From assembly GCA_051294375.1 (NCBI GenBank), contig CM119263.1, forward strand, positions 22,160,833 through 22,224,832: DNA of 64,000 bases. Direction: 5' to 3'. A program made the position numbers and the translations under genes. The stretch is from Paraspadella gotoi. Taxonomy: Eukaryota; Animalia; Chaetognatha. Below, one piece after another: positions 36,901-49,900 of the stretch. Under the pieces are notes generated by a model, which was not told the DNA's origin, ran no database searches, and saw only the letters and a program-made list of their open reading frames with translations. Position 1 is the stretch's first letter. Each line of letters opens with the position of its first letter.

Positions 36901-39320
36901 ACGCGGTGAATGTCCGTGTCTCAGTGGTCTCACGTTTCGACCTCATCACAAGGCGATGTCATATTTTGCGTGACGTATTTGTTCCTGTTTATATTATTAT
37001 TGACTTCTCATCTCTTTCTCTCTCTCATCTCTCTCCTCTCTTCTCTCTCTCTCTCTCTCTCCTCTCTCTCTCCTCTCTCAGTCTCTCATCATCTCTCGTC
37101 CTCTCTCTCTCTCTTCAACTTTTCGGGTCAAGTTTTGGCGGGATTCACTGCGTCCGATTTCATCTTTTGGGACGTTTTTTTTTATGCGAACTCCGCGGTC
37201 CAAAGGCGTGACTCCCCCCATCAAAAAAAAAAAAAAAAAAAAAAACAAGTCTGCAAAAAAAATGGATGGACGCCAAAAAGTAGAAATGGAATCTGTCGAG
37301 ACGGAATCCTTCCATTTCTTTGTTACCGTCAGCAAACTGCGAAGTATTTTCGACAGCAATGGCGGCCAATTGCGTCTTTGCGGTGGATGGGCAGACCATG
37401 AGCTAGGCGGTTGGCGACGACGATGACGACGACGACGACGAAGATGCCTCTTTACAATATAATTTTCTTTTCTCGTCTCTCGTTTTTTCTTCGTCGTGAA
37501 GATTTTTTGTTTTCTTCGTTTGCGCCGCGAGAAGTTGACGAAGCACACTCTATACAGTCAGCTTTTTCGTTGATCGGTTGGTCAGATCTTTTTGTCTGTT
37601 TGTCGGTAATGCCTAAAATTATATTTTAATCGCTCCTCACTTCAAATAATATTACAATAGTTTTTGACTAATACCCCGATGGAAAGGTTATGTAGCATGA
37701 GATTCATAATGCGGCCTGTTTTACTCCTGAGATCTTCGAAAAATGGTTGGATTTTATAAAAGTCACTGCGGCGCAAACTTCCTTGAACATTAAATCTTTT
37801 TTTCCTTTCAAATTTCTTTTCTTTTTGACGTAACCGAACCGTCAACTTTTAAAAATGGTTTTCTCTTTGTTCTAAAACTCCTTTTTTTTTTCTCGCTCTC
37901 CGTCTGCCTCCTTTTCCGTCTCAGCGAAGAAGAGTTTTCTCCTTCCTTGTTTTCTTTTCTTGATTTATCTTTCTCTTCCATTTTCCTCCCAATTTTTTTT
38001 TTGTGCTTCCGTTACTTTTTTGGAAGGGTTTTTCCTTAAGCCTGACTCTTCTTCGAAATACTTACGTTTTTTTTCCTTTCTTTTCTTTTTTTTTCTTTTC
38101 TTATCAATATTGTTCTTCCAGTTTTCCCATTTACCTTTCTCTCTTCTCTCCCATTTTCCCCATCTTATGTTTCTCATTTTCTTCCAGCCAAATATCTCTC
38201 TTTTTCTCTTCTTCTAATAAATCGTTGACTTCAAAGCTAGACCCCCATGAGCCCTATTACTATGAGCGTTTGGAACTTCGCTTTTATTGAAATCAAACCG
38301 CGACCACGTTCGTCCTCGCTTCTGCCAGGAATCAAACAAGACTTTTCTATTTGACCTTTAAATCCTCTTGATAGTATGTAATAATAATGTTTAATAGATA
38401 ATAATAATAATATTAAGTATAAAGGAAAACTACCAAAGTATATATGATGATAAAAATTAAAATTAGAATTGTTTTGTATTATATTTTTTCTTAGACTTGT
38501 ACGTTTTTAAAAGCGGTTTGTGCTATTTTAATCATATTACATACCAGTAAAAAAACGAATATCTAATATTTACTATTCAACATGAACTGTATTATCAGCT
38601 TTACCAGGCTCATTTTTTTACCTTCAAATCGGTTCAACATATTGTTCAACTTTTATAAATTTTTAAAATTATATCAATTTATATTTAAGACCACGCATTA
38701 ACCAATAACCATGACCCTGATATATCAAAATGTTTGACCCGTGGCTCCTCCAGCCGTTTCCCCTTCTAAATTAAAAAACACATTTTCTCCTCTCTCTTCT
38801 CCCCTAATTTATCGAGGCATCCGATTCGCCCATTTCCTCCCCCGGCGCGCGTGTTAGCGCGCGTGGGGCTCTCCTCTCTCTCTCTCATTCTCTCTCTTTG
38901 CTCTTCTCCTCTCAATCTCTCTCTCTCTCTCATCTCATGCTCTCTCTCTCTCTCTCTTCATTTTGTCAGGGGTCACGTGACCTTTCTCCTTCTGGAGGCT
39001 ACTCGAAACGAAACAATAAACTTTAAACTTATACGTTCGTCGAATCGACAAAACGCATGGTCGGGCTGAGAGACCTCACTGACTGGATCAAATAGATCTT
39101 CTAACATGTTAACCTGATAAAACAAATTCCAAAATACAAATTTATTTGTTGAAAAAGATAAATATTTTAAAAGTCTTATTCAATACCAAAAACCTCTTAG
39201 CATAAGATAACTAAAAAAATTAGATTTATGAGTTAATTTAACTGAAAGTGAATTTAATAGGACCAAGTTGAGGTGGCAAACACTCCATTGAAACCCCAGA
39301 ATCCTAAAGAACCAGGATTA
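33165..39320 (-). repeat. Right arm of the inverted duplication, rich in single-base indels (unpolished long-read-like sequence)
   Basis: Mirror of 27130-33027 with frequent single-base insertions that increase away from the gap. Contains mirrored HINE copies at ~34782-35060 and ~37520-37778. Confidence 0.95.
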
Positions 39321-39648
39321 CCCTCAAACGCGGACGCAATGAACTGAATTATCGCCAAAATAATCAACCTCTTATTTCCATTTTAAGGCCCCATCGTCGT
39401 GAGCTCGTTTTGAACATCGTGAGAAAAACGATCGCCCTATTTACCGGACGGGAAGATAAGATAAAACGAATGGCCATGGAAAGATAGAAAGAAAGAAAAA
39501 AAGAAAGAAAGAAAGAAAATAATGAGAAAAAGAAAGAAAGAAAAGAAAGAAAGGCATCTTTAACTAAAAGTATCCTACGTCTTAATCGCGAACCTTGAAT
39601 CATTTTCCTCACGATTTCTCTTCTCAACGAAATCATAATCGTCGTTCA

Positions 39649-39757
39649 CCTCTCGTCCTCTCGTCCTCTCGTCCTCTCGTCCTCTCGTCCTCTCGTCCTC
39701 TCGTCCTCTCGTCCTCTCGTCCTCTCGTCCTCTCGACCTCTCATCATCTCGTCCTCT
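39649..39757 (+). repeat. Octanucleotide satellite (CCTCTCGT)n
   Basis: About 10-11 near-perfect units followed by degenerate units. Confidence 0.95.
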
Positions 39758-40057
39758 AGTTTTCGCCTCAGTTTCTTTTTCTCATTGCAACGATTCTCTC
39801 AGTCGCGAAACCTTGCCAATAATTTTTTGGCCAATAGCTTATATTAACCCTAATCTTCACGTTGCTTAGACTCCCACGTCTACTATATCACTTTCACTGT
39901 TTCACTTTTACGAAAGTTAAAAATAACTTGTTTCACCATAAGTTTAAAGATTTTTGTTTTAAATTTTAAAAAAATGTATACTCTATAATTTTATTATATG
40001 AATAAACCCATGTAAATAAAATAAAAACATTTTCATTTAGTATATATAAATATAATA

Positions 40058-40099
<42 letters not shown>

Positions 40100-40699
40100 C
40101 AAATTTGAAATAGCGTTGTCTTCTTAAAATTAGATATCATTTATCTCCTCTCTGCCTCTTTACCCGATAATGAGCCAAAAATAAGAAAAGCTTTCGGTTT
40201 CACTTTTGAAAATTTTTGAAAGAAAAATTACAAGGTGTTTTTTCTTCACACCCATTAGAGAGACTAAAACAACTACAACAACGACAACAAAAACTGTTCC
40301 ATCTCATTAGGTTTTTTTCTTTGGCATTATGTTGTAGAAATCTTGACGCGAGTCAAGGATGATTACGCAAGGAATGATTACACTTACTCTCTCTCTCTCT
40401 GCTTCTCTCTCTCTCTCTCTCTCTCTCCTCTCTCTTCTCTCTCTCTCTCTTCGTCTTCGTCTCCGGTCGCAACTCTCCGTCTTACCACCTCTCCGTCCTT
40501 TCAGCGTCGCGAATCCGTGACGTCCTAAGTCGTCGCCCGTCTCTTCGTCCACTTATTGTTTTCCCATTTTTCGACTTGTCCCTAAAGGAATCCAGGAACG
40601 GGAGATCTGTCGTTTCGTTATGAGCTAATCGTTCTTTCAATTTTCATGTGTTCGATTATAATGCTGCAATCTCTCTCTCTCTTCTCTCTTCTCTAACTC

Positions 40700-43600
40700 T
40701 CTCTCTCTCTCTCTTGTCTCCTTCTGCTAAAACCACAATACTTTACCAGGTATAGTACTGTTGGCCTACATGCGAATATCTCAGAACCAGAGTTAGGAAG
40801 ACAATCGCACAACTCAGATCAGTTTCGTACTTTATAACTTTAGAGGAGAAATACATGAATTGCGGATTTTTTATAAAAGAGAACTTCTGCGTACGAGGCC
40901 ACAGAATTGCACATGGCGACCAAAGGGATGAGGACGGTTTCATGAGTCGTCTGGGACAATATGTGAGATTGAAATATCAACAAATGTTAAAAGACTTGAT
41001 CTTGGGAGGCAAGACGTTGTCCCTTGAAACGGAACCGACGACGGACATATGTTGTATGAAATTTCAATTTTTACAGCTTATGTCACAAGAAAAAACGCAG
41101 GGACCGAAGACAAGAGGAAACGACCGACGAAGAGACAAGAGCGACGCGACAAAGACGAAGAGGACAAGCGACGACACAGAAAAGACCGAAAAGAGAACAT
41201 CGTTCCGGCGAGATGAACACAAAGAAACCCTGCGACGAAGACAACGAGCACAAGAAACAACAAAAAAGCCAAAACATGAGCCCATAAAAAAAAAAGCAAA
41301 TGACTGAGGCGATTAGTGAAAAAAAAGTATTGGCTCTTCTTAGTTTTTATTCATTCTTCTCCCCAGTTTCGCCGCTATCTCATTAACTATCACTGCCAAG
41401 GGGCGTTCTGATTATCTCGTGCTTCCTTATCTTGTTTGTTTTGCCTGGATACACATCTTTTCTAGTGTTGCCGGGAGCTGCATCATAAACAATTCTCGAG
41501 CGTTGTCATTCTTCTGCCTTCTGACTCCTTTGGGAGTAAGCCAAGGGATACAACATAAAATTCATGGACTTATATATGCCCTTTCGTTACTTTTCGTACC
41601 TGCGCGAAGACGAAAGGAACGCGCGTAAAGCCCGATTCACCGGCTTCTCTTGGTAGTATCACCCTGGTCTCGCCCGAAGGTCACGCCTGCTCCAGACGAA
41701 AATATGTTTGCCTTCAGGGCGCATTTTATACAGAATAAAGACAGTCGGAGACACGACACCTAGCACATTTGCCAGATCTGTCGAGCTGGCGAGGGAGATA
41801 TGGAAGGAGAGTAATGCAACCGAGAAGGAAGATCGTAGAGAGTCAGTGAGAGGAGTAAGAAGAGGACGAAGGACGTTTGGAGGAGGGACAGACTGAGACG
41901 AATGAGAGAGAAGAGAGGCGCGATCGACCCTGCGGACGACGCAGGAGCAGAGAGAGAGAGAGAGACCTGAAGATTGTACTTTGAGAATCAATAACCAGAA
42001 ATAAATTCTAGTTCGCGCCCTTCATAAGAGAAAAGTAACGTGAGCATCTTCCTTTCCGTATGACAGGTCAGTGAAATCGTTTTATCTATGGAAGATACAT
42101 ATTACAAAGGAAGAAGCCGTTATTTTCAAAATAGATGGTATATACTTCTAAAATTTACCTTAGTTAACCAGAGATTCTCGTCCTCTCATAAGTCTTTAGC
42201 TAACTGGTTGCGTCCAAGTCTGGACAAAAACCTCAGCTCGAGAATAAAACCATCTCATATTCGGCTTGTTCGGGACTCGTCTCTTCCCAAAATTCTTCTT
42301 CCAAAAAAAGATCGTTTTGTTTGATTTTTTCGTCCGACTCATGACAAAAACGAGAGGCCGAGTAGAACAGTGGATTTCTTGACCCTGTGTGACGACTTCG
42401 TCGGAGGACACCCAAAGACACACAGTGGATCGGATGCAAACCACCTTTATGCAACGCAATCAATTGTGTAAGAACACAACTCGACTCGTACACCATTCCT
42501 GCCCACGTTCTCACTACGTTAACGATCGTCTTCTACTCTCTCTCTTTCCTCGTCTCTGGGCCGATGCGATCCAAGCTAACTACACCTCTTCTGCGTACTC
42601 CTCTCGACTCTCTCCTTCTTCTCGCTCTCTCACACTCGGCCCTTCGTTATTCTCAACATGTACTATATGTAAATATAGCGACAGCTTCAATTATAGGCTC
42701 GCAGCATTAGAAACGCAAGAGATAAAGTGCGACAGTTTGAGCGAGGCAGTGCAAGGAACTTCAGTCCTAATCACGGGATTCTGGTTCTGTTCCTCAATTG
42801 TATAGCGTCTTTCTCGTCCCCATTTTTCCGTCTCTATTTTCCCCTTCAACTTCTGCTCTGGGATTTCATATTGATCTATCAACTCTTCTTCCCCCTCTTG
42901 CGTTTTTATCAAGGACAATATGTATGACCATTAGGTCGAGTTTCCCGATGATAAAATATGTACCTTTCTCTTAATCGATCTTCGTTTTTTCCTCGCTAAA
43001 AATATATACTAAAATCGGATCGGTATGTGTCGTCAATCAATACGCGACATAAAAAGCAAATTAATAAACTTTTACCACGTAGAGTATCTCTCTAATTATG
43101 GGAAAAAACAACACTTTTTTATGAGACAAGAAAAAACATTAGACTTCAAAGTAACCTCTTACTCCCGTATAATTCTACCATTTGTTTTTAACTTTTAGCT
43201 CGTCCCTTCGTTTGAAGGCGAAGGAAACGAAAAACGCACACGTCAACCGCCATTCGTGGTATATCGACTGGCCGCCCGACCGCCTGAATTCGAAATTAGT
43301 TCGACGGTCAGGTGACTTTTACATCAAAAGCCAGTGACGCACCTGCTCATTGCATCGGTCGGCGGCGAGATATACAGCGTTAACTTAACACGGAGAAGGA
43401 AGGAAAAAGCGCACAGAAAGAAGTCGCCCCGTCTCGACGGGCGGGACAGGAGAAAGCAAAGAGGCGAGCTGCCCAGTTCCGAGGTTACGATGCCGTCGGA
43501 AGGATAATCCACGAGGAGAATAAAGTCGGAAGCTCAAAATTCGCGGGCTCTTCGACCTTTTCAGCCAAGAAGATCAACCCAATTTGACGCCCCAACTTCC

Positions 43601-45553
43601 CCCACCCAGAGAGAAAGATTCCTCTCCAGGATACTTCTGTGGCACTTTATGTCACCTTTTTTTGGATTCGTGCATAAAGAAGTTGATAAAAAGAAATGAA
43701 ACTCTTTTTGAAAAATTCTGTTACATGAGTGGGTCAAAAAATCAGGAAAAAAGAGAGAGAAAAATTACTATATTATATGTTTATAAATAAAAGTTTGTTG
43801 TGATTTGCAACAACTCAAAATTAGAGAAAACCAGTTAAAATTTTCTATTGGGTTTATAAGTATTATAACGTATATATAAATATAGCGAATGACGAGAAAT
43901 TTAAAAAACATAATGTTTTGTTTTTTTACAAAATTAATGTTCACTGATCGGATCACGTTGTCATAATTCGGAGGCTTTTAAAAATTGTGCCTCGTTCGTA
44001 ACTTAAGCTATACTCCAAGGTTCTCTCGGTAGGCCACCAATTCACCCTCTCCCGACCCCATCTCCCTTAACTCACCCTCCTCCCTCCTCCACACTCTTCA
44101 CTCACTCGACACGCAACATTCACCACTCACCACCTGTCTCACTCTTTGGAGATGGACCAATATTACGACCACGCTTTCATCAGCGCTGCAAAAGTTTCGA
44201 AGTTGGGTCCATCGAAAGTCAGAGACAATGGTCGCCTTTACGGTTCTGGTGCCCGCTGTCCGCCTTTCTTGCGGTCCTCGCTGCGGTTGCCGCTGCGCCG
44301 GCCCCTCGTCAGCCTCTCGGTCCCTATGGCGGACGATAGGAGTTCAACGGCAGCGGAACGGAAAAAGCGCGTTCAGGCTCAGGATTTCAGGGGAATAATG
44401 TTGATGGACTAAACACGTCGAGTCAGTTGCGGACGTGGATTGTTTCCGGTTTTCCAGACGCATTAAAGAGGAAAGATGGAGTTTGATGGAGAGAGATAGG
44501 ATGAAAAAGAGAGACGGAGAGAGAGAGAGAGAGAATGAGAAGAGAGATGAGACGGAGAGAGATTTCGGACCCCGAAGAGGAGAAGAACGAGACCTGAGCA
44601 GGAGAAGTAGAAACCTATCTCTAATGCCCAGTCTGTCGGATCCACTGACTGATCGGTTTTTCGACCCTGAAAAATTTTATTTCAACAAACAATATTGCGG
44701 TATGAACCCAGAGAGTGACCACTGAATGGTCCATCGTGATATTGGAGATCTTTTGTTGTCGTGCAACTATCCCGAGTTCAAAGGTTAGGTATTTTTTTTT
44801 ATGTTCTTCTTTTTTCTTATTCCCTCATCTGCTCTTCTCTTGCTTCGTTCCGTCTCTCTCTCTCATTCTCCTCGCTCTCGTCCTCTAACTTCCTCGGCCT
44901 CTCTGCCTCCTTATCCTAATGCACTCTCTTCTCTTCCATCTCTATTCAAGTTTTGGCTGACGAAAGCCGCTATACATTGCTAAAACTTTTCCTTCGCATG
45001 CCATTGAACTTTTCTTATGCTGTATAATTTCATCATATTTAATTAACATCCGAAGAACTTTACTAGTCTGTCCTATTGCCATCGGTCTTCATTCTTTCCT
45101 TGCTCTCTCTTTCACATTTTTTCTTTCGCCTCATCTCGCTCTTTTTTACTCTTTGCTTTACTCTTTCCTATTCCGGATCTCCTTGACTTTTTCTTTTCCC
45201 TTTTGTCTTCATTGTCTGCTTCATGTGCTCTTGCGCGCCTCCCTGTCCCGTTTTTTCTCTCGTTTCTAACGGCGTTCGCCTTCCATCGAGCTCCTAATCG
45301 AATAGAACAAGCTTAATACTGCACTTGTCGCAATCATACCCCTTTAGAATATTTTATTCTCCTCGCACACAAGTGTTCGGTGTGAGAACGCAAAGATGTT
45401 TTATTTTTTTACTTTTTCGGAGGCCTGACCTCTAACCCCGGTTTCAATCATATGGTTCGCGTTTTAACCCGTTGCGGAACAAGGTTGTATGGGTCGTCGT
45501 CGTCGTGTCGACGTGTGTCTGCCGTCGTAATACGACAAGAATAAAGAAAGAAA
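40700..45553 (+). repeat. Very noisy direct copy of 55754-59320 (likely raw-read overfill)
   Basis: Colinear anchors: AACCCTGCGACGAAGACAACGAG (~41226/~56119), CTGGACAAAAACCTC..AAACCATCTCATATT (~42220/~57017), CGGGCTCTTCGACCTTTTCAGCC (~43544/~57852), AGTTGATAAAAAGAAATGAAACTCTTTTTGAAAAATTCT (~43681/~58002). The copy is longer than the original, so errors are insertion-dominated. Confidence 0.9.
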
Positions 45554-46911
45554 GTTATACCCATTTAAGCGCAAAAAAAGAGTTGAAGGAATAGTACATG
45601 CGTCTCCTAAACGGTTAGCTAGACAATACGTGCTCACGAGTAGTTCTTAACCACTGCATGTGTACACTCTCAAATTCCTCTCCGGACAAATCAAAATCAT
45701 GTCACTCTCGATCCTCCGCCTTGCATTTAGATGCTTGAATTGACTTGCCACCATCTTCGGAATGTAGACCTTTTCTATCGATCTGTACACTCGACGTTTG
45801 GTCATCCTTTGTTTTCACTTTTACCCTTTCCTTTATTCTAGAACTCAATCACTCTTCGTTCTCCGACTGACTCGGACGCAGAACACATCGCGACGGTATA
45901 CGTATCAACGTTCGAAACTCATAAGATCTGAAGCCAGCTCGAGCAGGGACATAAATAATGAATTTTTATATATGCATCTTTGTGCTGCGCGAAGAGAGAA
46001 ATATATTTTCTTATTCAGATTTACATACTTTCAGCTTTTCTGAACTCATCCTAGTTCTAACGAATCTTCAGTGTGCGAAGAAACGGTGTTAGAGAGAGGA
46101 AAAAAAAACGTACATGCGCCGTCCTTACCTTGTTGACGATAAGTCAAACAAATTGACACACACAAAATCTAATGTCTCTCCCGGATGAAAATTTATATAC
46201 ACAAGTAGTAGTGTAAATATATTTGAAAGAGCAAAAGAACGAAAAAACCAATTAACATAACTTTAGCCCAGAAGACTAAGGAGATGTAGCCGCGGCACCT
46301 GCCTCTTTAAGAATAAAGATGATGTAAAGATAAGAACTCACAGGGTACAGGAAAATTAGGTAAGCAACTTTCCTATAGCGGCGCTTTCGCAAACCTTCAG
46401 ACTTCTCGACTAATCGAGAGCATACGGGAGAGAGAGAGGGAGAGAGCATGAAATGGTATAGCCACCGTACGTCAACGATTCCAATTCACAATCTATGATG
46501 CGTACTGTACTATCCCAACATAACGCTCATACTGGCAAGTCTAACACAGTCTTACTCCTTACGCTCACCAATCTAATAAAATCAATCAGAGCATATTACG
46601 TTCTCCCGACGTATTCTCCGTCCTATCCGCCGTGTAGCTACTACTCCGATCTCTCGCACCGTACCGTGGTGATCCACCGCACACACCTCATCTCTGAATC
46701 AGCTCATTAGCAGATGAATTGAAATATCATCAGATATACTGTGAGACTCGGATACCCATGCCACCCAATACTAGCTATAAACTATACATTAAAGAATGAA
46801 ACTAAGAAAAAAATCACTTTATGGATATTAAAATTGTTAATCTTAATGTCACTTTTGGTCAGAAATTGTTTTACTTCGTCAAGGATGATCGAAGGATCGA
46901 TCGGATATTAC

Positions 46912-46956
<45 letters not shown>

Positions 46957-49900
46957 AGTCTCTCTCTCTCTCTCTTCGTCTTTCTTTTCGTCTCTCTTCT
47001 CCTCTCTGCGGCTCAGCATATCACTCTCCCTTACCGCTCTTTGGATATCAGGATGTTAGAAAAATCCGGAGGTGCCAACGTCCCCGAACTCAGAGATTCA
47101 TCCATTCGAACATCTTGACCCTCTATCCAATAGAGAGGTGCCTGAACCCCACTTTTTCGACCGCTCGCACAGCATTACTCGGCCGTGGCAGCCGCACCGG
47201 AGAAGGGCCAACGGCGGCGGGCACCGCGTGGCTCGCAGGACCTGCAGAAGCCCGGCCTGTGGCGTGCCCTACGCTCCGTATGAACACCGCCATTTGTTCG
47301 ACCTGTTTCGATTGCCTGCAGACTTCATGAAAATATTATTGCACCTGAATTGATCTTAGGAGCGATTATACGAATTTCCCTGACGCTCTATTTTGAAAAG
47401 AGATTCGTTGATAGCAGGGTTGAGTTGGTCCAGTGATTTAAGTATGACGTGTGCTGGCGGAGAAGATGTAGGAGAGAGGGAGACGTCGAGATGGTGAGTG
47501 GTTAGTACGTTTGTTTCCGTCAAGTATGGTTATGTAAAATTGGTCGACGTAGTTCGATGTAGTGATTCTTCGACAATTACAAAAAGTTAAGAAGAAACCC
47601 AGCTTATAAAGTAGTATTACAACGAATTTAATTAAAAGTTAATAGTCGTTAATAGTACTGAATTTATAGCCGGAATGCGACAACAATGACCAGATAAACA
47701 TAATTTTTATATTTTGTTTTACCACAAAAAAAATGTAAGATTTATCACTGAACGCGCGTTAAAGCTTTAAATTATGTATAGTCCGTCTTCCACATCTCTC
47801 GATAATATTCTTGGTTACATAGGTGCCTACCCTTTTATAGGATTACAAGAGCCTCATAGGCTATATTTTTATAAAGTATTCGCTAAATAAAACAACCACA
47901 CAACAACAATCGCTATCAAGTTATATATGGTAATACGTATACCTTTAATAAAATCAGAAAAAGTATATATAACTATAGAGGATATCTTTTATATAATATA
48001 TATAGATAACTAGAAGACACAATACAAAAAAACTATATTTAAATAAAAAAGAAAAAATAAATATCTAATATACCATATAATCTACCTCACTGGCCTCGAT
48101 CTATCTAAAATGACCCCCACTCAATGAAAAGAAATTTTTCAAAAAGAAAGTTCATTACTTTTTACTCAAGCTCTTTTAGTGGAATTCAAAAAAAGAAAGA
48201 GAGAAAAGACGAAATGACAAAATAAAAAGAGAGAACAACAGAACACAACAAGAGAAAAGGTAACTAACTGAGAAAAGAAAGACAGAGAAAAAACAAGCAA
48301 ATAAATATAAATACACAACTAGAAGTAGAAAAATGAAAGACACACAAAAAAAAAAAAAAACAAATAATGAGAAAGAAAAGAAAAAGAAATCAAAACAAAA
48401 GAAAGAAAAAAAAAAAAAAAATTGATCTCTTCAGACACTAAAAACAAAAGGTCCGACGTAGCCAGAGAGACGTGAGATTTTACTTTGGTACAACGTCTTC
48501 TTCGTAATATACGAATCGCAAAGTAAACGGAACTGAGCTGCCCCCCTCCATTGCTTCTCTGGGCGACGTGAAGACGCTTTTTATTTTGCGTCTTCACTGG
48601 TAGTCTCGAAAAATTAGCTCTTTTTCCCAAGAACGACGCAGGGAAAGAGGAGTTACTATGATATACAGGGAAGTAAGATTGGAATGTTTTCGACAAAAAT
48701 TTTATTACGGTATTAATGATTTCAAGATGAGAGTTTTCTTAATTTTTGCTTTTTTTATAGTCGTGTCATTTTATTGACGAACATCCGCATCATTTGTAGT
48801 TATTTTTCGCGAGTACGAGAGATTAACGAAACCCATCATATTGTACTGAATGGAGCTTCATTTCTGTAAGCCAGGGGAGAAGGATTTCTATTGATTAATT
48901 CCAGTACATTTAGAGAGAGGACCAGAGTAACTTTGGACAAACCGGAAGGGCAGGAAAAGTCCTCTTGTTCTCTCGACTCAGCGGATTACTCGCGTTCCTC
49001 TCGATACAATAAAACGACAGCAAAACAAACAGTTGTAAAAAAACAAAGGGGAGAGAGGAGAAGAGACGAAAGAGGAGAGGAGAGGAGAAGGAGAGGGATA
49101 GGGAGAATGAAGATGACTGGGACCGGAGAAATGCATACAGTAGAGGTCTGAAAGACAGAGAAAAAAATAGAATGGGCGGCCGGGAGGAGAAAGAATTAGA
49201 ATAAAAAAAGAAAGGAAAAAAGAATTCAACAGGCTGACTAATTACAAAAACCTAGACGTTCAGATTGCAAAAGGCACATGTCAGAGATGATTATCCGAGC
49301 ACTGAGATTAAATTCTCAAAAATATGTATTTGATGGGACACTTGTGGTGATACCAAAGTCAAGTCTTTCTTGCCATTTCCTAGTTAATGGCGTGTTTTAT
49401 CAAATACTTTACTAATAACTGTACAGCCTTGAATAATGGTCTTAAAAAAATTAGGCTGAAATTTTTTAAATTCGGAGACAGGGAGTCTTAATTTAATGCA
49501 ACCCCTCGTTTCCAGTCTATTCTTGGCACAAACGATTGTGATTGTGATATAAATCGACACTATATCGCTCATGAAGTTAAAAATAACGCATTAAAAAAGT
49601 TAAATGCGCATGTATCAACATGAACCAAAAACTTTAAGATTAATCAGAATGCAGTCGATAACTCAGATCATTGAGAATATCATTTCAGACTGACTTATAT
49701 GTATGACAGAGAGATAGCTAAGAAGTTATATAAATGAAATATATATATATGATTTCACTATTTTAATCCATTATCGATGATATTATCAGATGCTCTGTTC
49801 TCCACAAAGCATCTACCTCAATTGTGAGTTGTCACCACGAAACATGCGCTGTTAGCAGATTTTTGTTAAAACAGGCTGCTGCGGCCAGTAAAAGTGCATT

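Noticed and set aside
47170-47350. Possible homeobox helix-3-like words on the minus strand (AATCGA...CGAACAAATGGCGG)
   Set aside because: Requires several assumed indels in a raw-read-quality region; no WFQN can be read.
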